Below are positions 39,314-48,505 of a stretch of DNA of 64,000 bases, one piece after another. The notes below the pieces were generated by a model. That model was not told the DNA's origin. It did not search any database and saw nothing but the letters and a program-made list of their open reading frames with translations. The DNA is taken from IMG/VR virus record IMGVR_UViG_3300020465_001196. One strand, given 5' to 3'. Within the stretch, counting starts at the first letter, position 1. Each line of letters opens with the position of its first letter. The DNA comes from a virus. Taxonomy: Duplodnaviria > Caudoviricetes. The translations under genes and the position numbers were made by a program.

Positions 39314-39886
39314 TTAATCCTTTTGTTTTTCAACAACCTGTTCTATTAGGTTGGATGCTTGTCTTTGTCTATACCTCTCTAAGTCTTGATCTAATCTAAA
39401 ATACTGAAATTTTAATATTGTACTTGTAATTAATCCTGTCAACGTTGTATATAGTGCTGTCGACATACCAACTGCCATTCTTGCTAATGCGGCCTGAACT
39501 GAAGATACGTCAGCAATATTAATTCCGCTGAATGCTCCAGCTAACATTAATATAAATCCAGATACAGTTCCAATTAGACCTAATGTTAATAAAATATCTG
39601 ATGCAAACCAACCTGGTTCATGTCTTGTATCTAAATTATCTAATTTTTTTATATCACCATTTGCAAGTTGACTTAATTTCCAACTTTCATAACCACAATG
39701 AAACGTCATTGCATAAAAAATAGATAGTATAAAAAAAGATAATTTTGTTTTATCGTTTTGCCATAGTAACTCATGTACTTGAAAATTTATTAATAATGCT
39801 GTTGCGGCAAATAATAAACAAAAAAACCACCACCATTTTAAAAAAATTCCGTGTTTTTTTATTTTAGTTACGTTCATTGTTAACAA
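39314..39886 (-). CDS. MotA/TolQ/ExbB proton channel family protein
   Basis: LGLIGTVSGF and GMSTALYTTLTGL motifs; multiple TM helices. Confidence 0.85.
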   Translation of the reverse strand: MLTMNVTKIKKHGIFLKWWWFFCLLFAATALLINFQVHELLWQNDKTKLSFFILSIFYAMTFHCGYESWKLSQLANGDIKKLDNLDTRHEPGWFASDILLTLGLIGTVSGFILMLAGAFSGINIADVSSVQAALARMAVGMSTALYTTLTGLITSTILKFQYFRLDQDLERYRQRQASNLIEQVVEKQKD

Positions 39887-39933
39887 GCCCTTCTTGAAAG
39901 TGTTTTATAAAAGTATTTATCGTTATTCAAGAG

Positions 39934-39962
39934 AAACCCCGGAAAAGATAGTCCCGGGGTTT
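39934..39962 (-). terminator. Intrinsic terminator after dnaK
   Basis: AAACCCCGG-N11-CCGGGGTTT perfect 9-bp stem just downstream of the dnaK stop. Confidence 0.7.
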
Positions 39963-39976
39963 AACAGTACAGTTAA

Positions 39977-41860
39977 TTATTTTTTAACTTCTTCAAAGTC
40001 TGCATCAACAACATTATCGTTGTTTTTAGTATCATTAGAAGTATTTTCTGATGTTTGCTGTTGTTGGTCTTTATACACAGCCTCTCCTAATTTCATTGCA
40101 GATTCAGTTAAAGATTTTACTTTATCATTAATATCTTGATTATTTTCAGATTTTAATGCTTCTTTTAATGCAGTAAGATCATCTTCAACTTTCTTTTTAT
40201 CTTCAACAGATAGTTTGTCGCCGTGTTCTTTAAGAGTTTTTTCAGTAGAATGTACTAATGTATCTGCTTGATTTCTAGTTTCTACTGTTTCTCTTTTTTG
40301 TTTGTCAGCTTCTTTGTTGGCTTCAGCGTCTTTAACCATTTGTTCAATGTCAGCATCACTTAATCCACCTGATGCTTGTATTTGTATCTTCTGTTCTTTG
40401 CCAGTGCCTTTATCTTTTGCACTAACATTTACGATACCATTAGCATCAATATCAAATGTTACTTCAATTTGAGGTACACCTCTTGGTGCAGATGCAATAC
40501 CTACCAAGTCAAAGTTACCTAGTAACTTATTATCAGCGGCCATTTCACGTTCACCTTGCATTACTCTAATAGTAACTGCCGTTTGACCATCATCAGCAGT
40601 TGAGAATACTTGACTTTTCTTTGTTGGAATAGTTGTATTCTTCTCAATTAGCTTCGTGCATACACCTCCAAGTGTTTCAATACCAAGTGATAACGGTGTT
40701 ACATCTAAAAGTAACACATCTTTAACATCACCTTGTAATACACCACCTTGAATTGCGGCTCCAATTGCTACTACTTCATCTGGATTTACACTTTTATTTG
40801 GTTCTTTACCAAAAAAGTCTTGAACTGCTTTTTGAACCTTAGGCATTCTTGTCATACCACCTACAAGAATAACTTCACTAATGTCTCCAGCACTAAATCC
40901 TGAATCTTTTAGAGCTTGTTTACATGGTTGTAAACTTTTATCAACTAAATGATCAACCAATGCTTCAAATTTAGCTCTTGTTAATTTAAGATTTAAATGT
41001 TTTGGTCCAGATTTGTCAGCAGTAATAAATGGTAAACTAATATCTGTTTGTGTTGCAGATGATAATTCACATTTTGCCTTTTCTGCCGCCTCTCTTACAC
41101 GTTGAAGTGCAAGATTATCATTTTTTAGATCTACACCTGAGTCTTTTTTGAACTCTGCTAGTATATAATCTACTAATGCATTGTCAAAATCTTCACCACC
41201 CAATGATGTATCACCATTTGTTGACTTAACTTCAAATACTCCGTCACCTATTTCTAAAATAGAAATATCAAAAGTACCCCCACCTAAGTCATATACAGCA
41301 ACCGTACCAGTTTTTTTCTTATCTAACCCGTAAGCAAGTGCCGCCGCAGTTGGTTCATTCACAATTCTTTCAACTTCAAGTCCTGCAATTTTACCTGCAT
41401 CTTTAGTTGCTTGTCTTTGTGAATCGTTAAAGTACGCAGGAACAGTAATAACCGCTTTAGTTACTTCTTGTCCTAAATACTTTTCTGCTGTTTCTTTCAT
41501 TTTTTGAAGAACGAAAGCCGAAATTTGTGATGGTGAGTATTTTTCGTTGTTAGCTTCTACCCAAGCATCTCCATTTTCCGCCTTTACAATTTTAAATGGT
41601 GATGTCTGTATGTCTTTTTGTACAGAATCTCCATCAAATTTTCTTCCTATTAAACGTTTAGAAGCAAAAACCGTATTAGTAGGATTTGTAACAGCCTGTC
41701 TTTTTGCTGGTGTACCTACTAATTGTTCATCTCCAAACGATACTACAGATGGTGTTGTTCTAGTACCTTCTGCATTTTCTATAACTTTGGCTCCCTTACC
41801 TTCCATAATGGATACGCAAGAGTTTGTTGTACCTAAGTCAATACCAATTATTTTACTCAT
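39977..41860 (-). CDS. dnaK: Chaperone DnaK (Hsp70)
   Basis: [25 protein letters not shown] and alphaproteobacterial-style C-terminus [11 protein letters not shown]. Confidence 0.98.
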   Translation of the reverse strand: MSKIIGIDLGTTNSCVSIMEGKGAKVIENAEGTRTTPSVVSFGDEQLVGTPAKRQAVTNPTNTVFASKRLIGRKFDGDSVQKDIQTSPFKIVKAENGDAWVEANNEKYSPSQISAFVLQKMKETAEKYLGQEVTKAVITVPAYFNDSQRQATKDAGKIAGLEVERIVNEPTAAALAYGLDKKKTGTVAVYDLGGGTFDISILEIGDGVFEVKSTNGDTSLGGEDFDNALVDYILAEFKKDSGVDLKNDNLALQRVREAAEKAKCELSSATQTDISLPFITADKSGPKHLNLKLTRAKFEALVDHLVDKSLQPCKQALKDSGFSAGDISEVILVGGMTRMPKVQKAVQDFFGKEPNKSVNPDEVVAIGAAIQGGVLQGDVKDVLLLDVTPLSLGIETLGGVCTKLIEKNTTIPTKKSQVFSTADDGQTAVTIRVMQGEREMAADNKLLGNFDLVGIASAPRGVPQIEVTFDIDANGIVNVSAKDKGTGKEQKIQIQASGGLSDADIEQMVKDAEANKEADKQKRETVETRNQADTLVHSTEKTLKEHGDKLSVEDKKKVEDDLTALKEALKSENNQDINDKVKSLTESAMKLGEAVYKDQQQQTSENTSNDTKNNDNVVDADFEEVKK

Positions 41861-41888
41861 GGTTCTAATATATCTCCTTTCCTGTTAA

Positions 41889-42329
41889 TTACTTAATTTT
41901 GATAGTTCTTGGCTTTTTAGATTCTGGAATAATTCTTTCCAAAGAAACTTTAAGCAAACCATCTTTAAGTTCTGCACCTTTAACTTCAACATCATCTGAA
42001 ACAGTAAAAGATTTAGAAAACATTCTTTTTGAAATACCTCTATGAAGTACTGCATCGTTTTCTTGAACTTCTTCTGCTTTTTTGATTGATTTTACAGTTA
42101 AAACATTATTTTCGTATTCAACATCAATATCATCTTTGCTGAATCCTGCTAATGCTAATTCAATATCGTAGGTGTTTTCACCTGTCTTTACGATATTATA
42201 TGGTGGATAATTAACCTGTGGAATGTTCATAACGTCTCCGTCAAACATTCTTTCAAAGTGGTCAAATATATTATCGAACCCTACAGTTACTGGACGTAAC
42301 TGATTAAAAATAGATAGATTTCTAGTCAT
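41889..42329 (-). CDS. ibpA: Small heat-shock protein Hsp20/IbpA
   Basis: NYPPYNI, ALAGF, LHRGIS.R.F and LKDGLL. Start moved to the ATG at 42329 behind a GGAGG SD. Confidence 0.93.
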   Translation of the reverse strand: MTRNLSIFNQLRPVTVGFDNIFDHFERMFDGDVMNIPQVNYPPYNIVKTGENTYDIELALAGFSKDDIDVEYENNVLTVKSIKKAEEVQENDAVLHRGISKRMFSKSFTVSDDVEVKGAELKDGLLKVSLERIIPESKKPRTIKIK

Positions 42330-42332
42330 TTT

Positions 42333-42389
42333 AACTCCTCCTTTAAGCAAGTTTATATTTTATATGTAGACCCTATCATAGCAATCTAC
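42333..42389 (-). promoter_or_regulatory. ROSE-like RNA thermometer in the ibpA 5' UTR
   Basis: AACUUGCUU-AAAG-GAGGAGUU hairpin pairs UUGCU (bulged G) with the SD; a second upstream hairpin GUAGA..UCUAC. Confidence 0.6.
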
Positions 42390-42471
42390 ACACATATTTA
42401 TACAACTAATGTTGTACAATATATAATATAAGCACTTTTTTTAAAAAGTCAAGAGCCAAAATAGGATTTTT

Positions 42472-43524
42472 TTAAATTTCTTGAAATTTATAGCTCTGTC
42501 TGGCCGCATTATCGCCACATTGTTTAAAACACGTAGGATTATAATAGTTTGATTGTTGGCCATTCCAACTTTCATGTAACAAACGACTATAATATTTGTG
42601 TCCTAGTATTTCGTTCCAACTATGATGTTTTAAACTATTCCAATCATCACCAAATTGGTCAATTAACATATGAAAGTATTCGTGTTGTTCAAAATTTTCA
42701 GTAGCAAACCAACAGCATGGCCAAACTTTATAATTCCAATCTATAAACACAGTTTTGTCATGATACATTTTACAAGAAATACTTTTACCTTCTTTTTGAG
42801 TAACTTCAAATTTATCATTATATTTTGTTACTCCTGCTGTTTCTGGATGTTGGAATTTATCAGTTGTTTTTACTTCAAACTCTTTAGTTACTATTTTGCC
42901 TTCTTCTTTGATTTTACTTTTACTAAACCAACTACGATTATTTCGTACGTTTTGTCTTAACACAAATTTAATATCTAATTGCTCTGCTAATTTTTTTGCA
43001 TTATCTATATCATCATAATTATGATCAAAAACTAGGTATTCCCATTTACAAAGTCCCTTTGCTGTTGCATAAGCCGTCATATTTTCAACAACTTTCTTCC
43101 AATTAACATTTACTCTATATAAATGATTTGTATCTTTATAACCATCTACAGAAAAAACTACTAATAGTCGTTGAGATTCATTACTCATTTTTCCCATTTC
43201 TGCAAATGTTTCTTTAGTGTTTGCTCCTGTGTTTGTGTGCATTTCAATCGAACCGCCATTATCTAAAATATATTTTGTAATAGTAACAATATTTTTATTC
43301 ATAAATGGATCATCAACTGTACCACCAAAAATAAATTCTTTATCTGCTATTAGTTCTTTTGGAAATATATTAGAAAATTCTTCCAATGACCATTCAGTTA
43401 TATTTTGTTTTAAAAATGGATGTGTATCACCATCAACTGTACGGATACACCCTGGACATCTTGCGTTACACTTATTTGTAATTTCGACATCGAACTTTGT
43501 TATGTTATTAATACTAAATGACAT
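42472..43524 (-). CDS. Radical SAM protein with C-terminal twitch/SPASM domain
   Basis: CNARCPGC, GTVDDP, FSVDG and C-terminal CK...WPCCW...CFKQC. Confidence 0.9.
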   Translation of the reverse strand: MSFSINNITKFDVEITNKCNARCPGCIRTVDGDTHPFLKQNITEWSLEEFSNIFPKELIADKEFIFGGTVDDPFMNKNIVTITKYILDNGGSIEMHTNTGANTKETFAEMGKMSNESQRLLVVFSVDGYKDTNHLYRVNVNWKKVVENMTAYATAKGLCKWEYLVFDHNYDDIDNAKKLAEQLDIKFVLRQNVRNNRSWFSKSKIKEEGKIVTKEFEVKTTDKFQHPETAGVTKYNDKFEVTQKEGKSISCKMYHDKTVFIDWNYKVWPCCWFATENFEQHEYFHMLIDQFGDDWNSLKHHSWNEILGHKYYSRLLHESWNGQQSNYYNPTCFKQCGDNAARQSYKFQEI

Positions 43525-43528
43525 AGTA

Positions 43529-43762
43529 TCAATATTTATCGGATACTAATGATACTTCTTTTCCTGGTCCAGCTTTACTTGGTAAATCGCCAAATTCTTT
43601 AATATACAATTTAAGTACTTCTTTGTAAAAAATTGTTGAATCATGATTACATTTTTTATTAATTTCAGCCAGTCCATTATTTGTAGGTTCTAGATAACTT
43701 GCTAATACTTTTGCCGCTTCTGTTTGTAGTGTACGTAAATCTAATGTTTCTAAATCAATCAT
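43529..43762 (-). CDS. Hypothetical protein
   Basis: 77-aa ORF. Confidence 0.6.
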   Translation of the reverse strand: MIDLETLDLRTLQTEAAKVLASYLEPTNNGLAEINKKCNHDSTIFYKEVLKLYIKEFGDLPSKAGPGKEVSLVSDKY

Positions 43763-43763
43763 A

Positions 43764-44042
43764 TTACTTACTCAGTTTATCTATTACACGATCGTTTTCT
43801 GATATTCGTGTTTGTACTATAAAACCTTTTGCACCATTATATGGATTTTGCATATAAGTTTCATTTACCCAATAGTATTTAAACAAAATTATATCACCAT
43901 TATCAAGTTTAACAGGATACCAAGCAAAACGTCTTTTCCATCTTGAATTCCATTTTGGTAAACTATTCATTGTGCGATGTCTCCAATTTCCTATATAGTT
44001 GACATCTATAATTTGTATTTTTCTTGATAGCCACTGTAACAA
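43764..44042 (-). CDS. Hypothetical protein
   Basis: 92-aa ORF with a W...FAWYPV motif. Confidence 0.5.
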   Translation of the reverse strand: MLQWLSRKIQIIDVNYIGNWRHRTMNSLPKWNSRWKRRFAWYPVKLDNGDIILFKYYWVNETYMQNPYNGAKGFIVQTRISENDRVIDKLSK

Positions 44043-44062
44043 TTTTTTTCATACCTTTTTTC

Positions 44063-44139
44063 TGGCGGAGTGTAAGGGACTCGAACCCTCAACCTCCCGC
44101 GTGACAGGCGGGTGCTCTAACCAATTGAGCTAACACTCC
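44063..44139 (-). tRNA. tRNA-Asp(GTC)
   Basis: GGAGTGT/ACACTCC stem, anticodon arm CCCGC-CTGTCAC-GCGGG and encoded CCA; 77 nt. Confidence 0.97.
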
Positions 44140-44140
44140 A

Positions 44141-44216
44141 TGGTGGGTAGTAAAGGACTCGAACCTTTGACCCCCTCGGTGTAAACGAGGTGCTCTACCA
44201 ACTGAGCTAACCACCC
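44141..44216 (-). tRNA. tRNA-Val(TAC)
   Basis: GGGTGGT/ACTACCC stem, anticodon arm CCTCG-TTTACAC-CGAGG and encoded CCA; 76 nt. Confidence 0.97.
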
Positions 44217-44217
44217 A

Positions 44218-44294
44218 TGGTAGGCGATATAAGACTCGAACTTATGACCTTTCCGTTATCAACGGAATGCTCTAACCAACTGAGCTAATCGCCT
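44218..44294 (-). tRNA. tRNA-Ile(GAT)
   Basis: AGGCGAT/ATCGCCT stem, anticodon arm TTCCG-TTGATAA-CGGAA and encoded CCA; 77 nt. Confidence 0.97.
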
Positions 44295-44664
44295 ATAGTT
44301 CAATCTCTGTTAAGCCACGTTCTCTATTTAAAAACTTATACTCTACTTTAACAGGATCAAATTGTTTAATTTCTTCAAATATAACATCTGTTGGAAGTTC
44401 GCCACAAGTGTAAACATCAAGTTGTAATAAACCTGGATCTGTTTCATCCCAACAATGTAATGCTATATGTGATGTTTCGATAATTACCAAACCAGTTAAA
44501 CCTCTGTTGCCTGGCATATCTAAATATGTTGTAATAGGTCCTTGGCATATTTGCATACCAATTTTTGACACTAATTCTGTTAACCAAGTGTGAGCCCACT
44601 TTTGATTAGTAGGTGGCTTTTTAACTTCAGCCCTTACGATTAGATGTTTGTGTTGTACTGTCAT
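44293..44664 (-). CDS. speD: Pyruvoyl-dependent S-adenosylmethionine decarboxylase family protein
   Basis: HLIV, GLTGLVIIETSHIALHCW and LDVYTCG motifs. Confidence 0.85.
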   Translation of the reverse strand: MTVQHKHLIVRAEVKKPPTNQKWAHTWLTELVSKIGMQICQGPITTYLDMPGNRGLTGLVIIETSHIALHCWDETDPGLLQLDVYTCGELPTDVIFEEIKQFDPVKVEYKFLNRERGLTEIEL

Positions 44665-45415
44665 TTTTAAATACCGGTATTGGTTCCATTTTATGTAAAT
44701 TTGGTTTCCTTATCTTTTGATATTTATCGTAATATTCACTGTCTGGTCCATGTACCATTGCGTGTTCCATTTGCTCATATGACAGTCCATGTAGTTGATC
44801 TTTATCTGTTCTACCATCTTCCCACAAACCATCTGTAGGTTCAGCATCTATAATTTCTTGCAATACACCAAGATCTTTACCTAGTTGCCAAACTTCAGAT
44901 TTCATTAAATCTGCTATTGGAGAAATATCAACACCACCATCTCCATACTTTGTATAAAATCCTACTCCAAAATCTTCAACTTTATTTCCTGTGCCAACAA
45001 CAATACCTTTTTTAGCACTAGATATTTGATGTAGTGTAACCATTCTTAATCTTGATTTTGAATTTGCAAATGCCAGTTCACTACCATATTCATTAAATAG
45101 TTCTAACCAAAACTTATCGTAGACTTTATCTAAATCAATTATGTCGTGCTTTACATTATTAAACTTTTGTTCTAGCCATTCACCGTGTGCTATACTTAAA
45201 TCATGTTGTGATTCTATTTGTGCTATTGGCATTGAAATTGCATAAACAGGTAATTTTGTTTTTGCACATAAGGTACTTACTACTGCTGAATCTATTCCGC
45301 CTGATATTCCTACAACTAAAGACTTTCTATTATGAGCCAAGGCGTAGTCCTTGATCCACTTCGAAATCTTATCAATCATGATACTAACGTCTGCTTCGTT
45401 TAGGAGGTAATCCAA
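44627..45415 (-). CDS. nadE: NH3-dependent NAD+ synthetase
   Basis: GISGGIDSAVV, NSKSRLRM, GTGNKVE, GFYTKYGDGGVD..PI.DL.K and PTDGLW. Confidence 0.95.
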   Translation of the reverse strand: MDYLLNEADVSIMIDKISKWIKDYALAHNRKSLVVGISGGIDSAVVSTLCAKTKLPVYAISMPIAQIESQHDLSIAHGEWLEQKFNNVKHDIIDLDKVYDKFWLELFNEYGSELAFANSKSRLRMVTLHQISSAKKGIVVGTGNKVEDFGVGFYTKYGDGGVDISPIADLMKSEVWQLGKDLGVLQEIIDAEPTDGLWEDGRTDKDQLHGLSYEQMEHAMVHGPDSEYYDKYQKIRKPNLHKMEPIPVFKNDSTTQTSNRKG

Positions 45416-45707
45416 GCTCTTCTAATTTTCTATCTCTTCGAGCTCTTCTTATCGCGGCTTTTTTCGCTACTCTTTTCTTTTCAGAAGGTTTAACGTAATA
45501 TTTTCTATCACGAAGTTCTTGCATTATTCCTTCTTTCATTAGCATTTTTTTAAGACGTCTAATTGCTTTTTCAACATTATTGTCTTGAACTGCTACTGCC
45601 ATTCCTGGAAGTTTTTCGTATCTTGGTTTCTTATCTTTCCATTTTGGCTTATCGCTTTGAAATTTGCCGATTTCAAATGTTTTTCTTGGTTTTGAGTTAT
45701 ACTTCAT
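45384..45707 (-). CDS. rpsU: Ribosomal protein bS21 with N-terminal basic extension
   Basis: VAVQDNNVEKAIRRLKK...EGIMQELR.R.YYVKPSEKKR. Confidence 0.92.
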   Translation of the reverse strand: MKYNSKPRKTFEIGKFQSDKPKWKDKKPRYEKLPGMAVAVQDNNVEKAIRRLKKMLMKEGIMQELRDRKYYVKPSEKKRVAKKAAIRRARRDRKLEELGLPPKRSRR

Positions 45708-45737
45708 ATTATTATAATAACATCATTTAGATTATTG

Positions 45738-46292
45738 TCAAGCATTTTTTTTATCAATTGCTTTAGTAACTGTAGCAATAATTTTATTACCAAATTGTTT
45801 TGGAGGCGAATCAAACTTACCTTGATTTAATTGGCCAGAAATCATAAGTTTAAACTGATCTATAAATATTGGTCCGTTACCAATTTCTCTTCCTCTAAGT
45901 TTCATAACCATTTTAACTTTATCACCATCATCAATAAATTCTTGCACTTTTTTTAATTTAACATTTAGATCATGAACATCTGTTCCAGGACGTAATTGTA
46001 CTTCATGTAAATCAATACGATTTTCTCTTTCTTTTTTCTTTTTTTCTTTATCTGCTTTTTGTTTTTCGTAATTCCATTTACCAAAATCCATAACACGACA
46101 AACTGGTGGATCTGCCTTTTGAGCAATACAAATTAAATCTAGCCCTGCTTCTCTTGCCTTTTGCTGTGCTTCTTGATTCCTTACTATTCCTATAAAATCA
46201 CCATTTGGATCAATTAACCTAATAGTAGGAAAAGTGATTGCAGAATTTAATAAAACAGATGGTTTATTTTTTTTAAAAAATGGTTTTCTCAC
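45738..46292 (-). CDS. infC: Translation initiation factor IF3
   Basis: IRLID..G, GLDLICIA..ADPPVCRVMDFGK..YE and EVQLRP..D.HDL..K...F...GDKVK...RGRE. Confidence 0.93.
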   Translation of the reverse strand: MRKPFFKKNKPSVLLNSAITFPTIRLIDPNGDFIGIVRNQEAQQKAREAGLDLICIAQKADPPVCRVMDFGKWNYEKQKADKEKKKKERENRIDLHEVQLRPGTDVHDLNVKLKKVQEFIDDGDKVKMVMKLRGREIGNGPIFIDQFKLMISGQLNQGKFDSPPKQFGNKIIATVTKAIDKKNA

Positions 46293-47581
46293 TACGCCCC
46301 GTTCTTTTTATCTACTTCTTTATAAATCAACATAGGTGGTTTATTTTTAGTAATAAAAGTTTCATTTATAGCAATACGTTCTACACCTTGTTCTTTTAAC
46401 ATAGGTAATTCATATTGTAATTGCAATAGATGTTTTTCTAAAACTGATCTCAATCCCCTTGCACCAATATCTTTCTCTAATGCTAAATCACAAACAATGT
46501 CAACAGCATCTTCACTGAACTCTAATTCTATTCCATCTAGTTGGAACATTTTTTGAAATTGTTTTAGTATTGCACTTTTTGGTTTAACAAGTATATCTTT
46601 TAAATCTTGTTTTTGTAATTTATGACAAGCAACCACTACTGGCAATCTACCTACCATTTCTGGTATTAAACCAAATTTAACAATATCATCTGGTTCAACT
46701 TTTTCTAGTGATTGTTCAAACTCTTTTTCTGAAACTACAGAAGCACCAAATCCAATTGATGTATTCATGTTTAATCTTTTTCTTATAATGTCATCTAATC
46801 CAACAAACGCACCACCAACTACAAATAATATGTTTGTTGTGTCTACACTAATCATATCTTGTTGTGGGTGCTTTCTACCGCCTCCTGGTGGAACTCTAAC
46901 TACTGTTCCTTCAAGTAATTTCAATAATGCTTGTTGTACACCTTCTCCTGATACATCTCTTGTAATTGATGTATTTTCAGACTTACGTGATTTTTTATCT
47001 ATTTCATCTATATAAACTATACCTTTTTCTGCACGTTCAACATCAAAGTCACAACTTTGTAAAAGTCTTAAAATAATGTTTTCAACATCGTCACCTACAT
47101 ACCCTGATTCAGTTAATGTTGTTGCATCTGCTTGAGCAAAAGGCACATCTAAATAATCTGCTATTTTTTTAGCAAGTAATGTTTTACCACAACCACTTGG
47201 ACCAACTAGTAGTACATTTGATTTTTCTAACTCAACACCATCTACTACAGGATTTGCTAATCTTTTATAATGATTATATACTGCTACACTTAAAACTTTT
47301 TTTGCTTGTTCTTGTCCAATAACGTGTTCATCAAGATGTGCTTTTAATTCATCTGGTACTATTTTTTTTAATTCTTGTGAATCTTTTTCAATTGCTCTTA
47401 CTTCACTTTCTTCTAAAATTGAATGACACAAATCAATACATTCATTACAAATATATACTTTAGGCCCAGCAATTAATTTTTTTACTTTTTCTCTTGTTTT
47501 ACCACAAAATGAACAGGTAAATTGATCGTCTTTTTTCTTAACCATTATTTTTCTTTCTTTGTTGAGCAAAGAGATGAACAT
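46292..47581 (-). CDS. clpX: ATP-dependent Clp protease ATP-binding subunit ClpX
   Basis: Zinc domain CSFC/CNEC, Walker [32 protein letters not shown] loop and IGF loop. Confidence 0.97.
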   Translation of the reverse strand: MFISLLNKERKIMVKKKDDQFTCSFCGKTREKVKKLIAGPKVYICNECIDLCHSILEESEVRAIEKDSQELKKIVPDELKAHLDEHVIGQEQAKKVLSVAVYNHYKRLANPVVDGVELEKSNVLLVGPSGCGKTLLAKKIADYLDVPFAQADATTLTESGYVGDDVENIILRLLQSCDFDVERAEKGIVYIDEIDKKSRKSENTSITRDVSGEGVQQALLKLLEGTVVRVPPGGGRKHPQQDMISVDTTNILFVVGGAFVGLDDIIRKRLNMNTSIGFGASVVSEKEFEQSLEKVEPDDIVKFGLIPEMVGRLPVVVACHKLQKQDLKDILVKPKSAILKQFQKMFQLDGIELEFSEDAVDIVCDLALEKDIGARGLRSVLEKHLLQLQYELPMLKEQGVERIAINETFITKNKPPMLIYKEVDKKNGA

Positions 47582-47829
47582 ACCTCATCGCAATTGTTTT
47601 TATCATTCCAATGTTTTTCATTAAAATGTTCCGTAAATGCCTTATGTTTTAAAATTTTTTCTAAAGAATGTTTTTTTAAACTATTCCAATTTTCTTCTAA
47701 CTTACTCAAGTACTTACTTCTTTCTTCAGGAAATGCTTCCCTAGTTAACAAATAACAGCAAGGATAAACTTTGTTATCATAGTCAATAATAATACCTTTT
47801 GACTGACATTTAATTGCCATATGATCCAA
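47545..47829 (-). CDS. Stand-alone twitch/SPASM Fe-S domain
   Basis: IKC...D..VYPCCY...CDEVC. Likely start is the ATG at 47820. Confidence 0.75.
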   Translation of the reverse strand: MDHMAIKCQSKGIIIDYDNKVYPCCYLLTREAFPEERSKYLSKLEENWNSLKKHSLEKILKHKAFTEHFNEKHWNDKNNCDEVCSSLCSTKKEK

Positions 47830-48505
47830 CCCTTTCTACCAATGCTTCTTTGTTATATATATTAGCACACTTTTCTTCTAATTGCACTCTTAAAGTTAAA
47901 TCTTTAATTAAGTGATTGTAGTATGCTGATGTCCTATTGTTCATATGTGGAACAAATTCAATATTGTTTTCTTTAGATATTTTATAGGCCTCATCAAGTT
48001 GATCGTAATTAAAATCAAATACTAAAAAATTCCAAACTGTCATTTGATTACTATGTTTTGCATGAGTCATCATATTTTCCCATGCACGATCAAATTCAAC
48101 TCCAACTCTATATTTTGAGTTTGTTTCTTCATCTATTCCATCTATAGCAAATATTACTGAAACTTTATTTTTATATTTTTTTGCAATTTTTTCATACCAA
48201 TCTTTTGTACGTATTCCACCATTTGTATGTAATTGTACTCTATAATTATTTTCTACAGCATAATCAAGAAAGTCTTCAACTTGTGGATGCATAACTGGAT
48301 CACCATAATCTCCGCAAAAACTTATAACTTTATTAGGCTTGGTTTGATCTAATGCATTTTTATATTCGTCCAAAGGAAGATGTTGCAAAGGTAACCAGTC
48401 AATTTTTTCTAAAGTTTTTTTATTAGTTCTTGCACACAAAGGGCATTTAGCCTGGCAATATGTTGTTATAGAAAATTCTACGGTGTTTAATGATGTCCAA
48501 TCCAT
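47810..48505 (-). CDS. Radical SAM core domain (lacks the C-terminal SPASM domain)
   Basis: CQAKCPLC, CGDYGDP, HTNGG and FAIDG. Confidence 0.88.
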   Translation of the reverse strand: MDWTSLNTVEFSITTYCQAKCPLCARTNKKTLEKIDWLPLQHLPLDEYKNALDQTKPNKVISFCGDYGDPVMHPQVEDFLDYAVENNYRVQLHTNGGIRTKDWYEKIAKKYKNKVSVIFAIDGIDEETNSKYRVGVEFDRAWENMMTHAKHSNQMTVWNFLVFDFNYDQLDEAYKISKENNIEFVPHMNNRTSAYYNHLIKDLTLRVQLEEKCANIYNKEALVERVGSYGN

